A stretch of 64,000 nucleotides of DNA from Candidatus Eiseniibacteriota bacterium (GTDB taxonomy: Bacteria > Eisenbacteria > RBG-16-71-46): NCBI GenBank assembly GCA_963744995.1, contig CAVUWA010000002.1, forward strand, positions 358,654 to 422,653. Reading direction: 5' to 3'. Under the pieces are notes generated by a model. It searched no databases. It worked only from the letters and a program-made list of their open reading frames with translations, and was not told the origin of the DNA. The position numbers and the translations under genes were made by a program. Of the stretch, positions 10,674 through 20,600 are shown piece by piece. Within the stretch, counting starts at the first letter, position 1; the number at the start of each line of letters is the position of its first letter.

Positions 10674-10889
10674 GGTGTCCCTCCCATCAGGCGGCTCGAG
10701 GCAGTGGGCAGGCAAGGGGGAGTCGCCGCCCTGAAGATGTCGATCACAGCAGGCAGATCGCCTGTGTCGGGATGAAAAGCGCGCGCGTCGCAGCCCACCG
10801 GCGCGGTCCGCACCCAGACGTCGGCGCCTGCCCCGCAGGGCGAGCCGGGGGCGTCCGCGCGCGGAGGACCACCGGCCCCGGGCCGCCTG

Positions 10890-13800
10890 CTACCGCACGA
10901 TCGTCACCCGCCGCGTCGCGATCGTGCCCGGCGCGTCGAGCCGCAGCACGTAGAGCCCCGCGGGCACGGCGTGCCCCGCCGCGTCGCGTCCGTCCCATGC
11001 CACACGATGGACGCCCGCCTCACGGGTCTCGTCGAACAGCTCGCGCACGCGGCGTCCGGCGAGGTCGAACACGGCGAGCGAGACGCGCCCCGGCCGGGCG
11101 AGCGTGAACGCCACGCGCAGTCCGCCCGGTGAGGGGTTGGGCGAAACGCTCGCGAACGCCGTGCGTGCGGGGGGCGCCGGAGCCGCGTCCACGGCATCGC
11201 CCGCGTCGAACACGATCTGCCGGTTCTCCGCATCACGCGCTTCTGCCCGGGTGATCGCGAGTCCCGGATCGCCCGCGGCGAGCACGCGGAAAGTCGCGTG
11301 CGCGAGAACGCCTTCTCCACCGATGCCGGCGCCCGCGCCGAGCAGCGCGACGTCGATCGCGGCCGGCCCCGCGGGAAGGGCGACCACCGGCCGCGGCTGG
11401 CGCGCGAGCAGCGCGCCGCCGTCGATCGCCACCGGTTCGACGACGCTCGCGTCCCAGCCGAGCGCGAGGCTCACGCCATGGACGTCGCCACGGCCCGAGA
11501 ACAGCACCGGAACGTCGAAGGTCTGCCCCGGCGCGGGGACCTCGGGCGTCGCGAGCGACAGGGCGTCACGATCGGGGAGCGTCGCCCGCGTTGCCGCGGC
11601 CGGCGCACTCGTCACGCTGTAGTTGAGCGCGAACACGATCAGGTCCTCGAAGTCCACGCGGTTGTCGGTGGTCGGCAGCGCGTTCACCGAGTGATCCGTG
11701 GTCGGTCCGACGTCGAGGTAGGCGAGCGGATCGCCCGGGCCGAGCAGCGCGGGGTAGTGGATGCCGAGCAGGGAAATGTCCTCGGCGAGCACGTGGTTGT
11801 TGCCCTGCCCGGCGGTGATGCCGTTCGAGACGTCGCCGAGGTGGTAGTTGAGCGTGCCGCCGGTGCGGTTGGAAACCGCGGACACGTTGCCGCAGGAGTC
11901 CGTCGTGAAGGCGACGTAGTACCAGAAGTCGCGCTGCGCCGTTTCGTCGGTCTGGCCGCTGGCGGTGACGGCGGTGAGCGTCCATGGCGGTCCCGGCGGA
12001 TATGACGGCGCCGCGGGAGCCGCCCCGGCGCCGGGCGCATCGTCGTACTCGGGGTAGTTGCCGAAGCCGGCGCGGTAGACCTCGGTCGAGACCGCATCGC
12101 CGGGCGTCGTGAAGGTGACCAGCACCTTCGTCGTGCCATCGGCATCGTTGCCGGTCTTGACCTGGGATGCGGCGACGTCGCCGATCGCGACCGGCCCGGT
12201 GGTGTCGATCGTGATCGTGGCCGGCGCGCCGCCGGCGGCCGGCACCGGAACGTTGTCGCAGTCGCGCAGCGTCGGCGTGCCGATCGTCACCGTGCCGGTG
12301 CCGTCGGGGCCGGGGGCCTTCGACACCTGAAGCGTGAACAGCGTTCCGACGATCGCGGTCGCGCCGCACGGCAGGCCGAGGATCACACCGTCTACGGTGT
12401 AGGCGCCGCCGCCGTCGTCCACGACGGTGAAGTACGTGTCGCCGACATCGCTCAGATAGGTGCCCTCGGTGATGCTCGACACTCCCGCACAGAGCTGCAG
12501 GTTCGGCGAGAGCTGCACGGGAATGCTGAACGCGCGCACGTTGGCGGCCGTGGTGCGCGAGATCGTGACGTCGAACGTGGCACATGGCGCGGCGGTCGAG
12601 ATGCACCCGGCCCCGGTGGAGACGGCGATCTGCTCGGGCAGTCCGGACATGCCGCACTCGGGCAGGCCCGACGAATCGATCGTGATCATGGCTGGCGCGC
12701 CGGCCGCGGCGGGGACCGGCGCGTTGTCGCAGTCGCGCAGGGTCGGTGCGCCGATCGTGACCGTGCCGAGTCCGTCGGGGCCGGCGGCCTTGGACACCTG
12801 CAGGGTGAACAGGGTACCGGCCTGCGCCGTGGCGCCGCAGGGCAGGCCCAGAATCGTGCCGTCCACGGTGTACGACCCGCCGCCGTGATCGATGACCGAG
12901 AGGAACGTCGTGCCGGCGCCGCTCAGGTAGTCACCTTCGACGATCGACGTGGTCCCCGCGCACAGCTGCAGATTGGACGAGAGCTGGACCGGGATGCTGA
13001 ATGCGCGCACGTCGGTCATCGTGCTGCGCGCGATCGAAACGTCGAACGTGACGCAGGGGGTAGCGGTCGAAATGCACGCGGCGCCGGTCGCGACGGTGAT
13101 CTGCTCGGGCGCCGCGGCGAAGCCGCAACCGGCGGCGGCGTTCGTGCCGCTGTAGAGCCACGGCGAATAGTCGACGTTGGGGCCGAGGATCGCATCGCCC
13201 GTGCCGGGCCCGACCCCGGACGGTCCGCTCGGGTCGCCCCACCAGATCGACTCCGCGCTCAGCGGGTGTCCGCTGCCCTGATTGTCGATCGCGGCGGTCA
13301 GGTTGGAGGAGATCGAGCTGTCGTCGAGATGGGCGTTCGCGTTCATGCCCACCACCCGAAGTCCGAAGTCCCAGTCGTGGAGCAACGCGCCGGTCACGTT
13401 CACCATCAGCGCGCCGCCGGTCGAGTAGACGTAGAGTCCGCTCGTCCCCGGCGTATCGCCGCCCGACATGCACAGATGGCTGATGTCCACCGTGAAGCCG
13501 GCCATGGTGCGCTGCGCGGCGAAGCCGCCCGTGCCGGCAACCGGCTCCAGGACCGGCGCGGCCGGCGGGCCGCCGCCCGGGAGCGCGGCCAGCGGCTCGC
13601 TCGCGCCGCTGAAGTTGCTGATCGTGATGCCGCCGAAATCCTCGGATTCGATCACCGGCCCGGTCGTTTCGACGCCGTCGATCGTGCCGCTGCCGTCGTA
13701 CCAGCGGATCGGCGCCTGCACGTTGGAGAACGCGTGCGGCCCGGTGAATCCCGACAGGTGGACGGGCGATCCCGGCTGGAACACCAGGATCGCGCCGGAC

Positions 13801-14708
13801 ACTGCGATCGCCGGCGAGTAGCGCAGGTTCGCCATGGCGCAGTCGCGGATCGAGCCGCCCGCGCCGTACCCGAGCTGAATGCCGTTCTGCGCGATGACGT
13901 TGATGTCGCCGGCGCCGGTGACGTCCGAATCGTGCACGTCCACGACCATGCCCGCACCGTTCAGGAGCATGCCGTTCTTCTGGAAGTCGCTGACCATCAC
14001 GGCGTCGCACTCGAGCGTGTAGGGGCCGCCGCCGGTGTTCGTGCAGTAGAGGCCGAAGCCGTGCTGAACGTTGTCGAGCGGGGTGTTGCGCACCCGGACG
14101 ATGTCCACGTTGGCAACCCGCCCGCCGGCATTGAAGTAGGCGATGCCGACGAAACGGACGTTGGCATTGCCGCGGCCGTCGCCGTCCACGGTGAGGCCGG
14201 TGACTTCGATTTGTGCGGCGTTCTCACACAACAGCACCGGGTGGTTGGTGAAACTGCCCTGCACGAACGAGACCGGCAGTGTGGCGGGGCTCACGATCGT
14301 CGTGGTCCCGGCGCCCGCGCCGGCGAGCGTGAGGTCCTTGCCGTCGATCACGACCTGCTCCACGTAGGTGCCGGGGGCGACGTTCACGGTGCCGCCCGGC
14401 GGGGCCGCGTCCACCGCGGCCTGAATCGTCGCAAACGCGTTGAGCCCGGCGAAGCGGCCGGCGCCGACCCGCGCACCGGCCGCGGCCTGCGCCCACGCCT
14501 GGTCCACGTAGACGAGATCGGCCGCACGCGCGCGCGCCGTTGGCACGGCTCCGCAGACGAGGAGCGCAAACGCAAGAAGCGCGCGGGCGCGGCCGCGCCC
14601 CGATCCCCCGAGGGCGCTCCGGCCCGCGCGCTCACGACGTGCCTCACGACGCGGCGGACGGCCTTCATCCGCCGCGCGCATGCCTCCGTATGTCATCCCT
14701 GCATCCAT
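10890..14708 (-). CDS. surface protein: right-handed beta-helix, 2 cohesin-like repeats, FN3-like, dockerin-like, cohesin-like and FlgD-Ig C-terminal domain
   Basis: 1272 aa. Signal-like segment RARALLAFALLVCGAVPTARA. Beta-helix region GTYVEQVVIDGKDLTLAG ... NGIQLGYGAGGSIRDC. Duplicated roughly 147-aa module at residues about 534-680 and 691-837. C-terminal cassette EVYRAGFGNYPEYDD ... GDVSNG..AEDISLLGIHY..TDNRVDFEDLIVFALNY ... SLALGWDASVVEP ... VSPNPSPGGLRVAFTLARPGRVSLAVFDLAGRRV..GLYVLRL. The start could also be an internal M (14696 or 14681). Confidence 0.85.
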   Translation of the reverse strand: MDAGMTYGGMRAADEGRPPRREARRERAGRSALGGSGRGRARALLAFALLVCGAVPTARARAADLVYVDQAWAQAAAGARVGAGRFAGLNAFATIQAAVDAAPPGGTVNVAPGTYVEQVVIDGKDLTLAGAGAGTTTIVSPATLPVSFVQGSFTNHPVLLCENAAQIEVTGLTVDGDGRGNANVRFVGIAYFNAGGRVANVDIVRVRNTPLDNVQHGFGLYCTNTGGGPYTLECDAVMVSDFQKNGMLLNGAGMVVDVHDSDVTGAGDINVIAQNGIQLGYGAGGSIRDCAMANLRYSPAIAVSGAILVFQPGSPVHLSGFTGPHAFSNVQAPIRWYDGSGTIDGVETTGPVIESEDFGGITISNFSGASEPLAALPGGGPPAAPVLEPVAGTGGFAAQRTMAGFTVDISHLCMSGGDTPGTSGLYVYSTGGALMVNVTGALLHDWDFGLRVVGMNANAHLDDSSISSNLTAAIDNQGSGHPLSAESIWWGDPSGPSGVGPGTGDAILGPNVDYSPWLYSGTNAAAGCGFAAAPEQITVATGAACISTATPCVTFDVSIARSTMTDVRAFSIPVQLSSNLQLCAGTTSIVEGDYLSGAGTTFLSVIDHGGGSYTVDGTILGLPCGATAQAGTLFTLQVSKAAGPDGLGTVTIGAPTLRDCDNAPVPAAAGAPAMITIDSSGLPECGMSGLPEQIAVSTGAGCISTAAPCATFDVTISRTTAANVRAFSIPVQLSPNLQLCAGVSSITEGTYLSDVGDTYFTVVDDGGGAYTVDGVILGLPCGATAIVGTLFTLQVSKAPGPDGTGTVTIGTPTLRDCDNVPVPAAGGAPATITIDTTGPVAIGDVAASQVKTGNDADGTTKVLVTFTTPGDAVSTEVYRAGFGNYPEYDDAPGAGAAPAAPSYPPGPPWTLTAVTASGQTDETAQRDFWYYVAFTTDSCGNVSAVSNRTGGTLNYHLGDVSNGITAGQGNNHVLAEDISLLGIHYPALLGPGDPLAYLDVGPTTDHSVNALPTTDNRVDFEDLIVFALNYSVTSAPAAATRATLPDRDALSLATPEVPAPGQTFDVPVLFSGRGDVHGVSLALGWDASVVEPVAIDGGALLARQPRPVVALPAGPAAIDVALLGAGAGIGGEGVLAHATFRVLAAGDPGLAITRAEARDAENRQIVFDAGDAVDAAPAPPARTAFASVSPNPSPGGLRVAFTLARPGRVSLAVFDLAGRRVRELFDETREAGVHRVAWDGRDAAGHAVPAGLYVLRLDAPGTIATRRVTIVR
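12198..13109 (-). repeat. in-frame tandem duplication of a cohesin-like module (2 x about 471 bp, diverged)
   Basis: PEQITVATGAACISTATPCVTFDVSIARS...LRDCDNAPVPAAAGAPAMITID aligns with PEQIAVSTGAGCISTAAPCATFDVTISRT...LRDCDNVPVPAAGGAPATITID. Roughly three quarters of residues are identical by eye. Confidence 0.8.
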
Positions 14709-14721
14709 CGTATTCGTTCCC

Positions 14722-16827
14722 TCAGCGCGTCAGGACCACCGCGCGCTTCAACGTCAATCCCCCGGCCTGCAGCCTTACGAAGTAGATCCCCGAGCGCGCC
14801 GGGCCGTCGAGGGTCGCGCCGTTCCAGATCGCCTCGTGACGCCCCGCGCGCATGAAACCGTCGGCGAGGGTGGCCACCACCCGGCCCTGGATGTCGAACA
14901 CCGCGAGTTTCGCGCGGGTGTCGCGCGGCAGGGAGAAGCCCAGGCGCACGGGACCGCGGGCGGGATTCGGCGACACGCCGAGCGCGAGCGCCTGCGGCGG
15001 CGCTTCATCGCCCACCGCGACCCAGTAGTCGCATATGTGAACGGGCGATGCGGAATTGCGCGGCGCCGGGCTCAGCGTCTCGAAGTCGAGGAGATTGTCG
15101 TCGGTGTCGACGCAGCCGGCTTCCTTGCGGTACGCGGCGCTTAGATTGTTGAGGTCGGCGGTCGGTGTGGTCTCGGCGCAGTCGGCCGGGCCGTAGCCGA
15201 CGAAGTCCTCGATCGCGCCGCCGGTCGGACATGCGCCGCTGAGGACCCCGGTGTTCGAGACGAGCGCGACCTTGCCGCTGATCGCACTCATCGCAATGCC
15301 GCCGATCGCGTCGGGCGTCGGCAGGTCGACCGTGCCGCCCGCGCCGGGGGCCTGCTGAATCAGGTAGTAGTGCGCCGGCTGGATCGTTCCGATCAGCGTC
15401 GTCGTGAACCACGTCGTGCCCACCGTCGAGGCGTACTGCACCGACCAGCCGGTGACGTCCACCGGAGCGGCGCCGCGATTGAAGAGCTCGATGTAATCGT
15501 TCTTGAGCGTGGCGCCGGAGTTGCCGCCGCCGCCGTAGATCTGGCTGATGACGATCGGATGCTGCGGCGCGAGGTCGGTCGTGAAGTGGGCGACGATGTC
15601 CTTGTTCGCGTTCACGGTCACGTGAAGCGGATTGGCGGACCCGCTGGCGTCGCCGCTCCAGTTCTGGAAGAAGTAGCCGGGCGCCGGGGTCGCGGTCAAC
15701 TCCACGTCGGTGCCGAAGGCATAGGTGGCCTGGTCGGGCGACTTCGCGACCGAGCCGCCCGCGGCCGGGTCGGCGCTCACGGTGAGCGTGAACGCGGACA
15801 CACAGGGGTTGGGTGCCGAGGCGCTGTTGCGCGGCGCCGGTGCGGCCGCCGAGAAGTCCGCCGAGTTGTCGTCGGTGTCCTGGCACCCGTCGAGCAGACG
15901 CAGGTCAGCCGTCGTGTTGTTGAGTCCGGGCGCCGGCGAGGTCTCGGAACAGTCCGCCGAGCCGTAGCCGACGAGATCGGCGAGCGTAGCCGGGGCGGGG
16001 CAAGATCCGGAAAGCGCGGCAGCGTCCATCACCAGCGCCACCTTGCCCGACGACGAACTCATGGTGATCGACCCGGTGGCATCCGGCGTGGGCAGGTCCA
16101 CCGTGCCGCCGGCGCCCTGCGCTTCCTGGACCAGGTAGTAGCCGCCGGGCGGGATCGTGCCGGCGAGCGCCGTCGTGGCCCAGGTGACCCCGCTCGCCGA
16201 GGCGTACTGCACCGTCCAGCCTGTGAGGTCCACGCTCGACCCGCCGGCGTTGAACAGCTCGATGAAGTCGTTCTTGAGCGTCGCGCCGGAATTGCCGCCG
16301 CCGCCGTACACCTGGCTGATCCTGACGAGCGGCGCGGCCGGGGCGCCGATGTGAACGACGGCGCCCGCGCATGCGGGAATCGTCTGCGCATTGTTCGAAT
16401 CGCGGAAGTCCACGCTTCCGCACGACACCGCAGCGTCGCCCGCCGCCAGGGCCTTGAAGCGCGCGTAGACCAGTACGCCCGGGCCCTGCGCGGTGCCCTC
16501 GAGCATCGCCGCGTCGTACCGGAGCGTGTCGGCCGGCGGAGTCACGTCGGGAACCAGGAACGCCGCGTAGGCGCCACCCGGGGAGGTCAGCACTTCGCCC
16601 TCGTAGGCCGACACCAGCAGCAGCCGCGTCGCGTCGTACGGGAACACGAGCTCGAAGCCCTTGAGGTCGGGAAACGCGTCGGTGACGAAGCGCACGACGA
16701 ATTCGTCGCCCACGTTCACCGTCGTGTCCGGCGGGTCGACGGACACCGTGACGGCGCCGCCCGCCCGCGGGGCGAAGGCCAGCCCGATCAGGGCCAGGCA
16801 CAGGACGTTGCGCAGCGTTCTCAACAT
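14722..16827 (-). CDS. surface protein: cohesin-like domain, 2 lamin-tail domains (LTD), InlB-B-repeat-like domain and FlgD-Ig C-terminal domain
   Basis: ATG 16827 is preceded by GGAGGAG. MLRTLRNVLCLALIGLAFAPRAGGA is the signal peptide. VTVSVDPPDTTVNVGDEFVVRFV..FELVFPYDATRL is cohesin-like. ISQVYGGGGNSGATLKNDFIELFN..TGWTVQYASASG and ISQIYGGGGNSGATLKNDYIELFN..TGWSVQYAS are the two LTDs. ATPAPGYFFQNWSGDASG is InlB-B-like. C-terminus SPNPARGPVRLGFSL..LAVFDIQGRVV..GIYFVRLQ. Confidence 0.85.
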   Translation of the reverse strand: MLRTLRNVLCLALIGLAFAPRAGGAVTVSVDPPDTTVNVGDEFVVRFVTDAFPDLKGFELVFPYDATRLLLVSAYEGEVLTSPGGAYAAFLVPDVTPPADTLRYDAAMLEGTAQGPGVLVYARFKALAAGDAAVSCGSVDFRDSNNAQTIPACAGAVVHIGAPAAPLVRISQVYGGGGNSGATLKNDFIELFNAGGSSVDLTGWTVQYASASGVTWATTALAGTIPPGGYYLVQEAQGAGGTVDLPTPDATGSITMSSSSGKVALVMDAAALSGSCPAPATLADLVGYGSADCSETSPAPGLNNTTADLRLLDGCQDTDDNSADFSAAAPAPRNSASAPNPCVSAFTLTVSADPAAGGSVAKSPDQATYAFGTDVELTATPAPGYFFQNWSGDASGSANPLHVTVNANKDIVAHFTTDLAPQHPIVISQIYGGGGNSGATLKNDYIELFNRGAAPVDVTGWSVQYASTVGTTWFTTTLIGTIQPAHYYLIQQAPGAGGTVDLPTPDAIGGIAMSAISGKVALVSNTGVLSGACPTGGAIEDFVGYGPADCAETTPTADLNNLSAAYRKEAGCVDTDDNLLDFETLSPAPRNSASPVHICDYWVAVGDEAPPQALALGVSPNPARGPVRLGFSLPRDTRAKLAVFDIQGRVVATLADGFMRAGRHEAIWNGATLDGPARSGIYFVRLQAGGLTLKRAVVLTR

Positions 16828-16851
16828 GGCTCTCCTCCGAACCATCCCGCG

Positions 16852-17676
16852 TCAGCGCAACAGCGCGGCGAGCGTGCGGACCGTCGCGTGTTCCGACTGC
16901 AGCGTGATCTGGTAGACCCCGGCCGGGAGCGGTCGCCCCGCGTCGTCGCGCCCGTCCCACTGGACGCGGCGCGTGCCCGGGGCGAATCGACCCTGTTCGA
17001 GGTCACGGACACGCCGTCCCTGGATGTCCCGAATGACGATCCGCTGTGCTCCATCGAGCGGATTGGTGATCTGAATCGTGGTGCTGCCATGAAACGGGTT
17101 GGGCGCGGCACGCATCGCCAGTGCCGCCGGTGACGTCCCGGGGTCGACGTCGGTCTGAGTGCCGATCGAGATCGTCGCGTCCTCGGGATATGCGGGGTTC
17201 ACGTAGATTCCACCGTTGTAGAACTGCACGCTGCGAAAGCGCACGTGGGTGATCTGCGGCGTGTCGGACGCAGTGAAATGGAGCGTGTAGATCTGACCCG
17301 GCCCGGGCAGCGACACACCGGAGCAGAGCAGCACGTCGGTGATCGCCAGGCTGTCCGCTGCCGCGCTGAAGCGGTGAAAGGTATTTCCGCAGGCGCCGGT
17401 CATGTACGCGCCCTGCTGCAGCGAGGTGGGGGAGGTCGGCACGAACGTGAGCGCGCCGGGGTCGAACTCGACGACGGCGTCGAAGCCGTTGAACAGCGAG
17501 CCGGACTCCGTGACCTCCAGGGCGAGGGTGAAGGAGCTGCCCGGCACCACGCTCTGGCCGGTCGGCAGGATCGCGACGTGCACACCCTGTGCGGCGGCAG
17601 GACGCCCCGCGAGCAGGGCGAGCATCGCCGCGCAGAGCGCCGCAAGGCGTGCCGATGGCCACGGGAATCGCCTCAT
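16852..17676 (-). CDS. small secreted cohesin-like protein with FlgD-Ig C-terminal domain
   Basis: ATG 17676 overlaps the giant gene's TGA (ATGA). MRRFPWPSARLAALCAAMLALLAGRPAAAQG is the signal peptide. The cohesin-like core is SSFTLALEVTESGSLFNGFDAVVEFDPGALTFV...YMTGACGNTFHRF. C-terminus APNPFHGSTTIQITNP..IVIRDIQGRRV..GVYQITL. Paralogue of 27134-27835. Confidence 0.8.
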   Translation of the reverse strand: MRRFPWPSARLAALCAAMLALLAGRPAAAQGVHVAILPTGQSVVPGSSFTLALEVTESGSLFNGFDAVVEFDPGALTFVPTSPTSLQQGAYMTGACGNTFHRFSAAADSLAITDVLLCSGVSLPGPGQIYTLHFTASDTPQITHVRFRSVQFYNGGIYVNPAYPEDATISIGTQTDVDPGTSPAALAMRAAPNPFHGSTTIQITNPLDGAQRIVIRDIQGRRVRDLEQGRFAPGTRRVQWDGRDDAGRPLPAGVYQITLQSEHATVRTLAALLR

Positions 17677-20600
17677 CGCATCAGCGCGATGCTGCGGGTG
17701 AAAGTGCCGGCCGCGGTTTCCAGCCGTGCGAAGTAGAGCCCCGGCCGCACGCGCTCGCCGCTGTCGGCGGTGCCGTTCCAGACGACCTGATGGGTGCCCG
17801 CGGGGTAGACACCGCGCGCGAGGGTCCGCACGCGCCGGCCGTCGACCGCGTAGATCGTCAGGTTCACCCGGCTCCGGGAAGCGAGGCTGAACGCCATCGA
17901 GGTCGTCGCCGTGAACGGGTTCGGCGACACGCGATCGAACGCCGTGACCGCCGGCAGGTCCGGCTGCGGCCGCGGTGCACCGAAGGTCACCGGGCGGTTC
18001 GCAGCATCGCGCGCATCCACCCGGCCGAGCGCGATGGCCGGATCGCCGTCCGCCGTGGCCCGGAACGTCCACACCGCCAGGTCGCCTTCGCCGGCGAGAC
18101 CCTGCCGGCCTGCGCCGAGCAGCGCGGCGTCCATGCGCCCGGGACCCGGCGAGAACAGCACGCCGCCCTGGATGTCGAGCATCGCGCCCGCGCGAACGTC
18201 GGCGGGCGTCACGATGCCCGCGTTCCAGGACAGCGATGCCGACAGCGCCTGAACGTCGCCGGCGCCGCTCATGCGCAGCGTGACCTCGAACGTCTGGCCC
18301 GCCGTGACATGTGCCGGCGCATCGAGGGTCAGGGCATCGCTCGCCGCCGTCTCCCGGACCTCGTGAGCGGCCGCAACGGGCATCCCCGGCACCCCGAAGT
18401 TGAGCGCGAACATGACCAGATCTTCGAACTGCAGGGCCCCGTCGGTGAGCGGTCTGCCGTTCACCGAGCCGTCCAGCGTCGGGCCGACGTCAAGGCAGGC
18501 CCACGCCTCCGGGCCCGTGATCGTCTCGCCGTAGTGGCTGCCGAGCAGCGATACGTCGGGCGTGCCGACCGCGCCGTCACCGGCGCACGCGGTGGTGCCG
18601 TCGGTGACGTCACCGAGCAGGTAGTTGGGGATCCCCGCCGTGACGTTCGAGACCGGCGAGACCACGTCGCACGCACTCTTCGAGAACACCACGTAGAACC
18701 ACGTGTCGCGGACGGGAGGATCGTCGGTCTGTCCGCTCGCACTGACCGGGGTCAGGGTCCACGGGGCGCCGGGCGGGTACGACGGCGTGGCCGGGGTCGC
18801 GCCGCCGTCATCGTCGTAGCGCGGATAACCGCCGAACGGGGCGCGGTACACCTCCACCGTCGCCGCGGTCGGGGGCGGGGTGAAGGACACCTGCAGGATG
18901 ATGCGCCCGCCGGCGCCGCTGCCGCCTCGATCGGCGGTCGCATCTGCGATGGCGGCCGGCGGCGTCGGGTCGCAGGTGACGCACGCGATGCTCAACGCTT
19001 CGAGCACCGGCGTCGTCGCCGGATCCGAGGTGGAGAGGTCGGCGCGGTACTGGATGTAGCGGGACATGCCGCCGACGGTCGTGCCGGAACCCGCCACCGG
19101 CGCGAACGCCGTCCAGGAGCCGTCCGGGACGGCAGTGTCGCCGGTGCGAGCCGACAGGGAGATCGCGGTGCCCACGGGCAGCGCGGCGGTCCACGTCATG
19201 GCGTCCCAGGTGACGGACGCGCCGGCGTCGTACACACGGGACGTGAACGTGCCGGAGGTCGCATAGGGAGTCTCGTGCACCCAGTCGACCGCGAGCACGC
19301 TGCCGTCGTTGTCGTAGTCGCTGAATCCCGGTCGCATCGACAGCGCGATGGTCGTGGCGCGCCGCGCGACGCTGGCGCCGTCGACGAGGAAGATCAGGCT
19401 GTCGGGGGCGGGCTTCCATTCGATCCGGAACAGGTGCGGGGCGCCGGTGAAGGCGCCGATGGCGATGTTTTCGTTCTCGGCCCCGTTCGCCGGATTGTTG
19501 ATGCGGGCATAGAGCGTCGTCCCGCCGCCGAACGTGCTGAACATCGCCCACGACTGGACGATGTCGCCGAACATGCCGGCGCCGGTAGCGGTGTTGTCGC
19601 CACTGCCGAGACCGGCATGCTGGTTGGCGGCCGTGAGGAAGGTCGCGTTGAACTCGAGCACCACGCCGCTCGCGCTGCCGGTCGTGGAAAGCGGGGTGAG
19701 CCGCGCGCCGTCGACGGCCACCGCACCCCCGGCCACGGCGGACGTGCCGCCGGTCCACGGCGTGCTGGTCCAGTCGGCGGGCAGCGACGTTCCGGAGAAC
19801 TCGGCCCCCTGGGCGGGCGCCAGCGTGACCTCGCCGTTGGCGGTCACCGACACCCACGTGTCCGACAGGGCCCCTGCGGCGAAGTCGGCCTCGACGTCGT
19901 CGGTGAAGCACGCCTGCGCCGGCGTGCTGAAGCCGAGCACGCCGGGCGGCACCGGTTCGCTCGCGGCATTGAGCGAGCCGTCCGTGGACGTGACGCGGTA
20001 GTCGTAGCCGAGGCCGGGCGTGAGCCCGGAAAGAACGATCGAGTGCGAGGTCACGAGCGCGGCATCCGACTCGTTCGAACTCAGTGCGCCGCCGCTCACT
20101 CCGTAGTCCACCCGCGAGTCCGCAGGCTCGTCGGTGGTCCAGGTGACCGTCGCGCCCGTTCCGCCCGGATCCGGGGCGGCGACCACGTCGCTGATCACCG
20201 GCGGGGTGAGATCCGGTCCCGCGGTGCATGCCAGCGCCACGTCGCGCAGCACGGGTGTCAGGGCCGGGTCGCCGGTCGTGAGGTCGGCGCGGTACTGGAC
20301 GTAGCGCGAGTTGCCGCCCACCGTGCCGCCGTTCGAGACCGCGTTGAACGCGCTCCAGCTGCCGTCCGGGACGGCCGTGTCGCCGGTGCGGAACAGCAGC
20401 GCGACGCCGGTGCCCGACGGCGTGTCCGCGGTCCAGGTCGCGGCGCCCCAGCTGGTCGGGCCGCCCAGGTCGAAGACGCGGGAGGTGAAGCTGCCGGCGG
20501 CCGGATAGGGGGAGACGCGGAACCAGTCCACGCTGAGCGTGGCGCCGCCAACCGGATAGTCGCTGATGATCGGCACCATGTTGACTCCGACCGACTGGAC

